DNA from: Candidatus Latescibacterota bacterium
Lineage (GTDB): Bacteria > Latescibacterota > CBDEFO01
Direction of reading: 5' to 3'
Assembly: GCA_965248755.1 (NCBI GenBank)
Contig: OZ252149.1
Span: 3,904,001 to 3,968,000, forward strand
Length of the DNA stretch: 64,000 nt
Below are positions 9,661-19,600 of the stretch, one piece after another. Below the pieces are notes generated by a model. That model searched no databases. It was not told where the DNA came from and saw nothing but the letters and a program-made list of their open reading frames with translations. Each line of letters begins with the position of its first letter. The stretch's first letter is position 1. The position numbers and the translations under genes are program-made.

Positions 9661-9721
9661 TCGCCTGCCAGGGATTTTAGAATGGAGTGAAGTACGGGGA
9701 GTTCCACTCTCGAAGTTTCTG

Positions 9722-9750
9722 TTGACAAGGGTGCGCAGTCAGCTTATTAT
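9722..9750 (+). promoter_or_regulatory. Sigma70-type promoter (divergent)
   Basis: TTGACA-17 bp-TATTAT. Confidence 0.65.
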
Positions 9751-9887
9751 AGACTATATTTTTGGGGTATTTGTATACAATTTGAACATATAATGTAAGG
9801 GGGGTGCCCGCCCCTACTAAAACTATGAATTGCGATCAGAACAAGAATAGACTCGATCCCGCTGGTATCGAAGGGGAAAGATTGAAG

Positions 9888-10526
9888 ATGGGCTATCGCT
9901 TCAAATCTAATTGGAAGGTCGTAGCATCTATATTGGCGTCACTTGGTGCAATATCTCTCCTTATCATAAACTTTGCTCCTATCTACAAGGAGCTGCTCTT
10001 TTTGACCCTCTATTCTATACCCTCCAACTCTTTCATACCCGGAATACCACACGAGCCTGCGGTCATCTACGCCGGAACGCTCTACCATCCGCTAGAAGTC
10101 GCCCTTTTTGCCTCTTTGGGGACCTGCATAGCCGCGATTATAGACTACCACGTTTTGACCCCTGTCTTAACACACGAAAAGGCAAAAGCCCTGAAAAAAC
10201 AGAAGATATATAAGATTTCACTCCGATACTTCGGCAAAGCGCCCTTCATAAGTTTAGTGATAGCTGCTTTCTTTCCAGTGCCCTTTTTCCCTTTCAGAAT
10301 TCTGAGCATAGCAAGCAGTTATCCATTTAAGCGATATTTCTTGTCCGTATTCTTGGCCAGAACGCCCCGCTATTATCTCTTAGCCCTTTTGGGGGATACT
10401 TTCCGCTTTCCTATATGGATCATCGCCGCCTTGTTCCTCGTCCTTATAGCCTACAATCTGATCGAAAAATATTACAAAAAATGGGCTTACAAGAAAAGGG
10501 GATCCAAGATGTTGGAAGCTCCGTGA
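9888..10526 (+). CDS. DedA/VTT (SNARE-associated) family membrane protein
   Basis: Hydrophobic; PHEP, P.PFFPFR and ARTPRY motifs. Confidence 0.7.
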   Translation: MGYRFKSNWKVVASILASLGAISLLIINFAPIYKELLFLTLYSIPSNSFIPGIPHEPAVIYAGTLYHPLEVALFASLGTCIAAIIDYHVLTPVLTHEKAKALKKQKIYKISLRYFGKAPFISLVIAAFFPVPFFPFRILSIASSYPFKRYFLSVFLARTPRYYLLALLGDTFRFPIWIIAALFLVLIAYNLIEKYYKKWAYKKRGSKMLEAP

Positions 10527-10609
10527 CATATTTCATTCTCGGTGATCCTGATCACAGAGATCTTTAAATCATTAAATTATATTAAGCCCAGTCTTGATTC
10601 CTTTCCCGC

Positions 10610-10655
10610 AGAGGCGTCGGTGGGAGCTCCAATTCCCGTTGACGCCTCTTTTTTC
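10610..10655 (+). terminator. Intrinsic terminator
   Basis: gaggcgtc...gacgcctc stem followed by a T-run. Confidence 0.7.
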
Positions 10656-10765
10656 TTGACTTGAAGGGGATGATCGCTTAAAGTGTACACAGTCATCCCT
10701 GTAAATGCAGGGGCCAGATTACTTCGCCTCTACTATCTTATTCATTATCCAACTTCTGTCCCTAA

Positions 10766-12526
10766 ATGATAAAGATAAAGAACATCACTCTTGAGCTAAG
10801 CGGAAGGAACGTCCTTTCGGAGATCAATCTTTGTATATATCCTGGAGAATCCATAGCCATAATCGGATCTAACGGTTCGGGAAAGACTACGCTTGCCCGG
10901 TGCATCAACGGACTTTTGATCCCGAAGATCGGTGAGGTAACGGTGGAGGGCATGCCCACTTCTGATCAGAATAATATCTGGGAGATCAGGCGCAGGGTGG
11001 GAATGATTTTCCAAACCCCCGATGACCAGATAGTTTCCACGACGGTCGAAAGAGAGATAGCGTTCGGACTCGAAAATCTGGGAATAGAGCTCAAACGGAT
11101 GGTCGAAATAGTGGAGGATACGTTGGAGAGGTTCCATCTTGGAGAATATCGCCATCATCCGCCGCATCGGCTATCAGGAGGAGAAAAGCAGCGCCTATCT
11201 ATAGCGTCTGTTCTGGCTATGAGTCCCGATTATCTGATTTTGGACGAGCCGACATCCCTCTTAGATCCGGATGGACAAAGCCAGGTACGGGGGATCCTTA
11301 ACGACATTCGGAAAGAAGGAGAGATAGCGACGATCCTGATCACTCAGTTCCCCGAAGAAGCCGCCGAAGCTGATCGTCTGATAGTCCTCGAATCTGGCAG
11401 AATTAGGATGGATGGTCCCCCACAACAGGTATTTGGGGAGTCGGAACTCTTGGAAACCTTGGGGCTTGAGGCCCCTTTTCCCTTTCGATTGGCGTCAGCC
11501 CTCACGAGCGGGGGGATTACGCTGGATGGTTCTCCTTTCCGGTCTTCGGATATAGTAGGGCAACTCGTACACCTGTATAAGCCCCTATTGACATCCTCTG
11601 ATATGACACCTGCAACATCACGGAGGGGACGTTCCTCGTGCCGCTCCCTGGGAAGGGAAAACGATCATCCGATAAAACTATCTGCTGAAGGTGTATCTTA
11701 TATCTATGACATGGGTCTGCCCACCCAGAGAAATGCCCTCTCTAATGCAAATATCCACGTCAAGAGATCGGATTTTATGGCTCTGGTGGGACCCAACGGC
11801 TCGGGTAAGACGACGCTCGTTCAACACTTCAACGGTCTCTTAAAGCCCACATCGGGGCGCATCCTTCTGGACGCAGAAGACATCTGGTCTCTCGGAAGCG
11901 ATCTTTCCAAAATCCGCCAAAGGGTCGGCCTGGTCTTCCAGTTTCCCGAACTTCAGCTCTTCGATAAGACGATCTTTGACGATGTGGCTTTTGGCCCCAG
12001 AAATCTGGAATGGAACGAAAAGAAGGTAAAGGAGAATGTCCACAGCGCCCTTGAGGCTGTCGATTTAGTCTCTGCAAACTACTTGGACAGGTCCCCTTTA
12101 TCGTTGAGCGATGGGGAAAAGCGCAGAGTCGCCATTGCGGGGATCTTAGCAATGTCCCCTGAAGTTCTGATTTTGGATGAACCGACTGCCGGTTTAGATC
12201 CTAAGGGTGCTAAAAAGATAATTTCCATATTGAAAGAGTTTAACAGCTCTGGAGGAACCGTTTTGATCATCTCTCACAACTTTGATCTTATAGCTGAGAC
12301 TGCCGTAGGGATTGTGGTTTTGGACAGTGGGGAGGTTAAGATGGAGGGAGGTACGTCTGACATACTCTCAAGCTGTGACGAACTTTATGCGCTTGGACTC
12401 AGACCGCCAGAATCCGTACAGATATTGACGAGCCTTAGATCTTCAGGATGGAACGTAAGAACCGACCTTTTGACGCTGGAAGATGCAAAGGAGGAGATCA
12501 TAAGGGTCATTCTTGGGTTTTCTTAA
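10766..12526 (+). CDS. ECF transporter ATPase, EcfA1-EcfA2 fusion
   Basis: Two ABC domains with FQ.PDDQIV..TVE.EIAFGLEN and FQFPE.QLF...DVAFGP.N motifs. Confidence 0.85.
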   Translation: MIKIKNITLELSGRNVLSEINLCIYPGESIAIIGSNGSGKTTLARCINGLLIPKIGEVTVEGMPTSDQNNIWEIRRRVGMIFQTPDDQIVSTTVEREIAFGLENLGIELKRMVEIVEDTLERFHLGEYRHHPPHRLSGGEKQRLSIASVLAMSPDYLILDEPTSLLDPDGQSQVRGILNDIRKEGEIATILITQFPEEAAEADRLIVLESGRIRMDGPPQQVFGESELLETLGLEAPFPFRLASALTSGGITLDGSPFRSSDIVGQLVHLYKPLLTSSDMTPATSRRGRSSCRSLGRENDHPIKLSAEGVSYIYDMGLPTQRNALSNANIHVKRSDFMALVGPNGSGKTTLVQHFNGLLKPTSGRILLDAEDIWSLGSDLSKIRQRVGLVFQFPELQLFDKTIFDDVAFGPRNLEWNEKKVKENVHSALEAVDLVSANYLDRSPLSLSDGEKRRVAIAGILAMSPEVLILDEPTAGLDPKGAKKIISILKEFNSSGGTVLIISHNFDLIAETAVGIVVLDSGEVKMEGGTSDILSSCDELYALGLRPPESVQILTSLRSSGWNVRTDLLTLEDAKEEIIRVILGFS

Positions 12527-13368
12527 AGCCGATAAAAACGTTCAGCGGTGCCATAAAAAAGGTGGTACTTCTCCTCATCGGAGGCGTCGGCTGTAGCCTC
12601 CTGCACGGCCCCCAGCCAGCGACCGTAGTCGGACGCAAGTGTGCAAACCGGCCAGTCGCTGCCGAACATCAGACGGTCAAAGCCGAAGGCGTCTATGACA
12701 TGATCGATATAGGGCTTGAGGTCTTGCGCCGTCCACGTTTCCATATCGGCTTCCGTCACCAGGCCCGATAGCTTGCAGACTACGTTGTCTTCAGACGCTA
12801 ACTCGCGGATGTGGGTCGCCCAGGGTTCCGTAACGCCTCCTTTAATATCGGGTTTGCCGATGTGATCCAGAACAAAGGATACCTCAGGCGCCTCACGCAC
12901 TAACTGGATGACTGCCGGGAGTTGATGGTGTATAATACAAACGTCGAAGGAGAGACTGAACTTCTCCAGGAGCCGAACGCCGTTGACAAATGCCGGACGG
13001 GCACAGAAATAGCTATCTTCCTCGCTCTGAATCAACCGTCGGACGCCTTTCAGCTTAGGATGTCTTGGCAACTGCTCTAGATACGCTTCGACTTCAGGAT
13101 CCTCAATCGGCGCCCACGCTACCACGCCCTCGATAGGAGTACCAGGGCTGTCGGCCAGAGACAAGATCCACAAAGTCTCATCGCGGGAACACTCTGAAGT
13201 GGCATTGGCCTGCGCAAACACCGATTTGACGACATTCAGACCGGAGATCGCCTCCTGGTAGTCCGAGATGAAATAGCTCCGATTGATGGCGGGAACTTCA
13301 TTTAGCCAGTCATATCTGAGCCTTTTAAGGTCCCAAAGATGGTGATGGGCGTCTATGATGGGCTGCAT
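12523..13368 (-). CDS. Amidohydrolase_2 family (sugar lactonase-like)
   Basis: IIDAHHHLW, LDHIGKP, KLSGLVTEA, MFGSDWPVC. Confidence 0.88.
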   Translation of the reverse strand: MQPIIDAHHHLWDLKRLRYDWLNEVPAINRSYFISDYQEAISGLNVVKSVFAQANATSECSRDETLWILSLADSPGTPIEGVVAWAPIEDPEVEAYLEQLPRHPKLKGVRRLIQSEEDSYFCARPAFVNGVRLLEKFSLSFDVCIIHHQLPAVIQLVREAPEVSFVLDHIGKPDIKGGVTEPWATHIRELASEDNVVCKLSGLVTEADMETWTAQDLKPYIDHVIDAFGFDRLMFGSDWPVCTLASDYGRWLGAVQEATADASDEEKYHLFYGTAERFYRL

Positions 13369-13496
13369 AGGTAGGTCTCCTTGTATTTTCGATGCACTAT
13401 GAGCGCATCTTTTTACATCCTCGGCAATGGCGCAGATTCGTTATTTCTCGTAAAGGGAATTCTGCGCATTTTCAGACTCCGTTTTCTGCTGTTAGG

Positions 13497-13709
13497 TCAG
13501 TTGGTGAAAAGATCGAATATCTTCCCGAGCTTACTGGCATCATCAGTCTTATACATCTCCGTATATTTGCAGCGAGTGCAAGTCACTGACGAAAAGCGTC
13601 TGCCTTGTACATCGAAGATAGCGCTCCAGAATCCCCCTGACACTCGGATTTCCCCTATCTCATGATCGGTGTTCTCACACTTTGGACACTTGAAATTCAG
13701 CTTCGTTAT
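13497..13709 (-). CDS. Small zinc-ribbon protein (start uncertain)
   Basis: CPKC...IFDVQ...C..C.YTE.Y; AGGAG 8 nt before an ATA codon at 13709. Confidence 0.75.
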   Translation of the reverse strand: MTKLNFKCPKCENTDHEIGEIRVSGGFWSAIFDVQGRRFSSVTCTRCKYTEMYKTDDASKLGKIFDLFTN

Positions 13710-13772
13710 TTCGACTGCTCCTTTGATATATCCATGCGGGATCGCAAAGGAAGAACGTGCCAAATCACTATA

Positions 13773-16658
13773 TCAGCGTTGCGCAAGAGGATTCAGCAAC
13801 ACCGATACATTATCGTCGGAAGAATTTGCCACAGCTAAGTCGTTATCCCCATCGCCGTCTAAATCCGAAATGAAAACTGAATACGGACGATTCCCTGCAC
13901 CGTAGTCCACTTTGCGTGTGAATGTTCCGTCTCCACGATTCAATAACACCGATACATTATCGCTGCCCTTATTGGCCACAGCTATGTCATTATCACCGTC
14001 GCCATCCAAATCCGTACTGAAAATTGAATAGGGGCCATCCCCAGCAGCATAGTCCACCCTATCTGCAAATTGCCCATCTCCGTTATTCAATAGTACTGAT
14101 ACATTATCGCTGAAAACATTTGCAACAGCCAAGTCATTATCACCATCCCCATCTAAATCAGCACTGAACACCGAACGGGGACTACCTCCAACATCATAGT
14201 TCAGCCTATCTGCAAATAGGCCATCTCCGTTATTCAATAGTACTGATACATTATCGCTGAAAACATTTGCCACAGCCAAGTCATTATCACCATCCCCATC
14301 TAAATCAGCACTGAACACTGAACGGGGATCAGCTCCTGTGCTATAGTTCATCTTATCTGCAAATTGCCCATCTCCATTATTCAGCAGCACCGATACAGTA
14401 CTCCTGACGCTCCCTGTATTAGTTACAACTAAGTCCTTGTCGCCATCGCCATCCAAATCTGCGCCGAATACTGAGTAAGGGTCGTTACCAGCGGCATAGT
14501 CCACCTTATCTATAAATTGTCCATCTCCATTATTCAGCAGCACTGACACAGTACCGCTCTTTTTATTTGCTACAGCTATATCGTTATCCCCATCCCCGTC
14601 TAAATCGGAAATGAAAACTGACATGGGTTCATCCCCAACGGCATAGTCCACTTTATCTGCAAATTTCCCATCTCCATTATTTAGCAACACTGACACGTTA
14701 TCGCTGTTCTGATTAGCTACTGCCAGATCGTTATCTCTATCTCCATCTAAATCGGAAACGAATACTGAATAGGGGCCATCCCCAACTGCGTAGTCAGCCT
14801 TAAGAACAGAGATAGCAGGAATATCAATAAAAGCAAATCCGCCAGGGGGCGCGTCGGCGGGACCATCGGGCTTTGTGGCTATTACATCCACAGTATCCGA
14901 AGGATGAGCGGGAATCTCAGCAGTGATGGTATCAACGGGCACAGCTATGTCCAAAGCTGAGGTATCTTCGACAACGAAAATTGCATGGAGACTATCCCCG
15001 AGGGCATGGTCAACCTGAAGCTCAGAGATAGAAGCAGTGTCAGCAGAATAAATTCCACTGAGGAGCGTGTCTGCGGGACTATCGGGCCTTGTGGCTATCA
15101 CATTCACAGTATCCGAAGGATGAGCGGGAATCTCAGCAGTGATGGTATCGAGGGGCACGGCTATGTCCAAAGCTGAGGTATCTTGGACAACGAAACTTGT
15201 ATGGAGACTATCCCCGAGGGCATGGTCAACCTGAAGCTCAGAGATAGAAGGAGTGTCAGTAGAAGAAATTCCACTGAGGAGCGTGTCTGCGAGACTATGG
15301 GGTTCTGTGGCTGTTACATCTACGGTGTCCGAAGGATCAGCGGGAGTCTCAGCAATTATGGTATCAACGGACACGGCTACATCAGTAACCACACTATCCT
15401 GGAAAGCAAGCGTTGCTTCCCGGTGCATAGTGCTATCTGCAACGGCCTCAGGTACGCCGCTCAATTCTGTGTCTTGCGCTTGATTGATCCCCGATAGACT
15501 CAATCGGGGATCGGGGGTAGGACTAACAGATGCCACAAGGGTAGCAGAGAGGTTCAAAAGCACTGACACATTATGGCTCTTTTGGTTAGCCACAGCCAAG
15601 TCGTTATCACCATCGTCATCTAGGTCCGAAATAAATACTGAATGAGGACCATCTCCCGCACCATAGATCCCCGTAAGCGCAAATTGCCCATCTCCATTGT
15701 TCAACAAGACCGATACATTTCCGCTGATGAACCCAGCATTAGCCACAGCTAAGTCATTATCCCCATCCCCATCTAAATCCGAGATGAAAACTGATGAGGG
15801 ACTACTCCCAGCATCATAGTCCACCTTATCCGCAAATTGCCCATCTCCATTGTTCAACAAGACCGATACATTTCCGCTGATGAACCCAGCATTAGCCACA
15901 GCTAAGTCACTGTCGCCATCTCCGTCTAAATCCGAGATGAAAACTGATGAGGGACTACTCCCAGCATCATAGTCCACCTTATCCGCAAATTGCCCATCTC
16001 CATTGTTCAACAAGACCGATACATTTCCGCTGATGAATCCAGCATTAGCCACAGCTAAATCACTGTCGCCATCTCCGTCTAAATCCGCACTGAAGAGTGA
16101 TATGGGTTCAAAGCCAACGACATAGTCCACCTTGTCTGAAAATGTTCCGTCTCCGGTGTTAAAAAGAACTGATACACTATTGCTGCCCGCATTAGGTGCG
16201 GCTATGTCATTATCACCATCGCCATCCAAATCCTTACTGAATACTGAACGGGGATTGATTCCAACGGCATAGTCCATAGCGTCTGCAAATGTCCCGTCTC
16301 CCTTATTCAATAATACAGATACGTTATCGCTGAAGCCATTAGCTACAGCCAGATCGTTATCTCCATCTCCGTCCAAATCCACGCTGAAAACTGAAAGAGG
16401 TTCAAATCCAGCGGCATAGTCCACCCTGGCTGAGAATGTCCCATCGCCGTTGTTAAAGAGTACCGATATACTATCACTGTTTACATTAGTTATCGCTAAG
16501 TCACTATCGCCATCCCCATCCAAATCCGCACTGAATACAGAATGCGGACCATCCCCAGCATCGTATTCGGTCTTGAGTCCGAAAAGGCCTTGTGCATAGG
16601 AAGGTGCATTCAGAACGACTAACAGCATCAAAGCAATATATGAGATATCTTGCCTCAT
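13773..16658 (-). CDS. Secreted FG-GAP/VCBS repeat protein with repetitive acidic linker
   Basis: Signal peptide; two clusters of DLDGDGDNDLAVAN repeats separated by 72-aa repeats. Confidence 0.9.
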   Translation of the reverse strand: MRQDISYIALMLLVVLNAPSYAQGLFGLKTEYDAGDGPHSVFSADLDGDGDSDLAITNVNSDSISVLFNNGDGTFSARVDYAAGFEPLSVFSVDLDGDGDNDLAVANGFSDNVSVLLNKGDGTFADAMDYAVGINPRSVFSKDLDGDGDNDIAAPNAGSNSVSVLFNTGDGTFSDKVDYVVGFEPISLFSADLDGDGDSDLAVANAGFISGNVSVLLNNGDGQFADKVDYDAGSSPSSVFISDLDGDGDSDLAVANAGFISGNVSVLLNNGDGQFADKVDYDAGSSPSSVFISDLDGDGDNDLAVANAGFISGNVSVLLNNGDGQFALTGIYGAGDGPHSVFISDLDDDGDNDLAVANQKSHNVSVLLNLSATLVASVSPTPDPRLSLSGINQAQDTELSGVPEAVADSTMHREATLAFQDSVVTDVAVSVDTIIAETPADPSDTVDVTATEPHSLADTLLSGISSTDTPSISELQVDHALGDSLHTSFVVQDTSALDIAVPLDTITAEIPAHPSDTVNVIATRPDSPADTLLSGIYSADTASISELQVDHALGDSLHAIFVVEDTSALDIAVPVDTITAEIPAHPSDTVDVIATKPDGPADAPPGGFAFIDIPAISVLKADYAVGDGPYSVFVSDLDGDRDNDLAVANQNSDNVSVLLNNGDGKFADKVDYAVGDEPMSVFISDLDGDGDNDIAVANKKSGTVSVLLNNGDGQFIDKVDYAAGNDPYSVFGADLDGDGDKDLVVTNTGSVRSTVSVLLNNGDGQFADKMNYSTGADPRSVFSADLDGDGDNDLAVANVFSDNVSVLLNNGDGLFADRLNYDVGGSPRSVFSADLDGDGDNDLAVANVFSDNVSVLLNNGDGQFADRVDYAAGDGPYSIFSTDLDGDGDNDIAVANKGSDNVSVLLNRGDGTFTRKVDYGAGNRPYSVFISDLDGDGDNDLAVANSSDDNVSVLLNPLAQR

Positions 16659-16688
16659 CTAATTATCTTAATTATCTCTGGAAGGAGT

Positions 16689-19600
16689 CTACTTCATTAA
16701 AACCATCTTTCTTGTCTTCACAAATCCATCCGACTCCATGCGATATAGATAGACTCCGTTAGCCAGACGTTTCCCGTTGTCGTCTTTTCCATCCCAGACT
16801 GTGGAGTGAGTGCCTGCTTCCAACTCCTTATCCACTAATAGCGCTACCCTTTGTCCTGACATGTTATAGACAGATAAATTGATGTGGCTTGGAAAAGGAA
16901 GATCGTAGCGAATTGTTGTTTCAGGGTTGAACGGATTGGGGAAATTAGGGTGAAGTGCAAAGTGTTCTGGCAAGTAGTTGACGGGCAATGTTGAACTTTT
17001 GCTATTGATAGCTACCTCATTGCCCGAAACGTCAATTCCAAGCACGTCAGTAACAGAAATCTGGATGGAAGACGGGGGATTGCTGGCCAATGGTGAGTGC
17101 ATCTTGACCCTAAGCACTACTCCATTTTCATCTATCCCACCTTGTCCTGACTTCCTGGAGATACCTACAGCTAACGTCTTGTCTTCCCGATGTGAGAAAA
17201 GCACGACATCTGAACCCATCAACGCACCAGGCTCTATCTTCTCAAAAATAAGTTCATCCAGATCCCAGCTTAATAGGAAAGAAATCCCCAATAAGTTGTG
17301 GTCTGGCTGCGTCTCCTGGTCCAGCTTGAGGTCGATCCAGAACTCTTCACCGTTAGCATAGGAGCTGTCTATTACGGGTTCTAAGGTATATGGGGACTTT
17401 TGATTTTCGTCTGAGATAGTAATCTTAGCTACTGAACGTCTCTTACCCCAATTGAGTCCTATGGGTAATACATCTCCCTGATCGATTGTGCCATCACCAT
17501 TAGCGTTGGCATATGTAGCGTCCCCCGGAGTCCAAGGCTGGCTGTTCTGACTGTTCCAAGCGTTGGAAGCACCCGTTCGGTTCGGACCTGTGACGCCCCA
17601 ATACAAAGCTATTGGCAGCACGTCAGCTTGGTTGACCATTCCATTGTCGTTTGTGTCGCCAGGCCACACCTCTACCAGCCCAGTGGATCGGATGGTCACA
17701 GATGCTGAGGATGAGGTCAATGGAATAGACGTACCATCAGTATCATTGGCAATTACGTTCACGAGAGAAAAATTGACTGTCGTTCCATCTGGGGTATTCA
17801 GGAGGGCTTTGAAGTTTACTCTTGCTAGCACACCGCGCCCGTCCGCACCGCTTGCGCCGAACTTCTGGCTTATCGCAATTCCTATCTTGCCTTCGGTTTC
17901 ATTTACGTTAGAGTAAAATACTACGGCGTCCCCTAAGAAAGTTCCGGCTACGATAGAACCGGACGTCGGCACGACCACATCTACATAATCTGTGTTGGTG
18001 TAGTTTAGCTCGAAACTTGTCCCAAAAAGCTTGCTTACTTGATCAACTCTTATATCCACCCAAAATTCCTCACCAGCGTTATAGGAAGATTCCGAGAGAA
18101 TAGGCTTGATTGTCCGTATACTCAGGATTTCAACAGTCAACGTATACGGTGAAGTTACGCCCTCGTCCCGTGATGTCACATCTGCCTCGTAACGCCCGTC
18201 ATTAGGTATTTTAATATCCTTATGCGATGCAGAAAAGAAGCGTGTGACATATCCGCTATTAGCTGTGTCCCACAGACCGACCATAAATTTTGAGGAGGGT
18301 TCAACCGTAAGCGATACTTTCTGCCCCTTTGAGAGATCAAGTACATGCGAGTTATAGTAGCGATCAGAATCAGCAAATTTTCTTGAACTGTGCGTCAACT
18401 CACCTTTCACTATTTGCGTCTCTAACAAGAATGGTGAAACATATTGAATAACATCAATTCTTGATGTCGATTCACCAGTAGCATTCTTCACTTTCAAACG
18501 CACTAACTTCTGCCCATATCCAGGACTCAATGTAAAGGATGGATTCTTAGAATATGTTCTCCACGTTGCTCCACTGAAGTTTGAGTTCTCACTTGCCTTA
18601 TAGTGTGTGGGGCTATTAGTCGCAGCATTGTTAAGGATTACTGTCCTGCTTGTTGTTCTGGGAGATCTATTATTGATAGCAAAACTGGTCAAAGTCGGTT
18701 TATCCTGACTATATTCAATGGTGTCACTTAATCGGTTTGATTCACCTCCAGCATTCTTTACCTTGAAGTACACCCTCTTAGTCCCATACCGTGAACTTAG
18801 TGTAAAAGATGGACTTGTAGAATAAGTCTCCCAATTTGCTCCCAAGAAGCTTGATCTCACACTTGCCATATAGTGTGTAGGGCTATTAGTTGCAGTATTG
18901 TTAAGCGTTACTGTCCTGCTTCTTGTTATGGAAGCTCTATTGTTAATCTTAAAACTGTTTAATATTGGTGCATTCCCGACAATATCAACGATTAGGTCTG
19001 CCCTCATAATATCCGAAGAATTCCCTATATTCTCAACAGCTATTCCTGTAGTCTTACCGGAGTAGTCTCTACTACTGGGAACCGAGGTATTATTGAAGTG
19101 CCTTTTACCGAATGTGCCTGGCCAGGGATCACCTACATCTCCCCAATTTGAGTTGCTTTTCAGATCAAAACGGCCGTCGGCTTGCTCAAGTGCAAGACCA
19201 GGATGATTCTCATTATCGTTCACAGTGTTGCCAAATTCATTGGTAGTTATCACTCCTTCATCAACATGCCAGATAAGCAGTCCAGTGCCCCTCAGATGAC
19301 GATCAAATCTCTTGGGCTGTCTGTTCTCCACGAGAAAGTATTCTTTGGAGCTGGGAACAGGTAGTTTGTAGGCTACAGGTGTCTCTTCCACATTTGGAAT
19401 GCTCTGCTGTAACTGATTACGGGGAATTACTGTGGGTGTAATCCAACCGAGTTGTATTTTAGACCAAGCACACATATGAGCAGGACTGGACTGTATGTTA
19501 TGAGCACCTGCCCCCATCAGACCCCAATATCCAATGCCCGCAGAAGAGCCATCTCTATCGTACAGATCCGGCAGCCATAGGTCGTGCCCAAACTCGTGGG

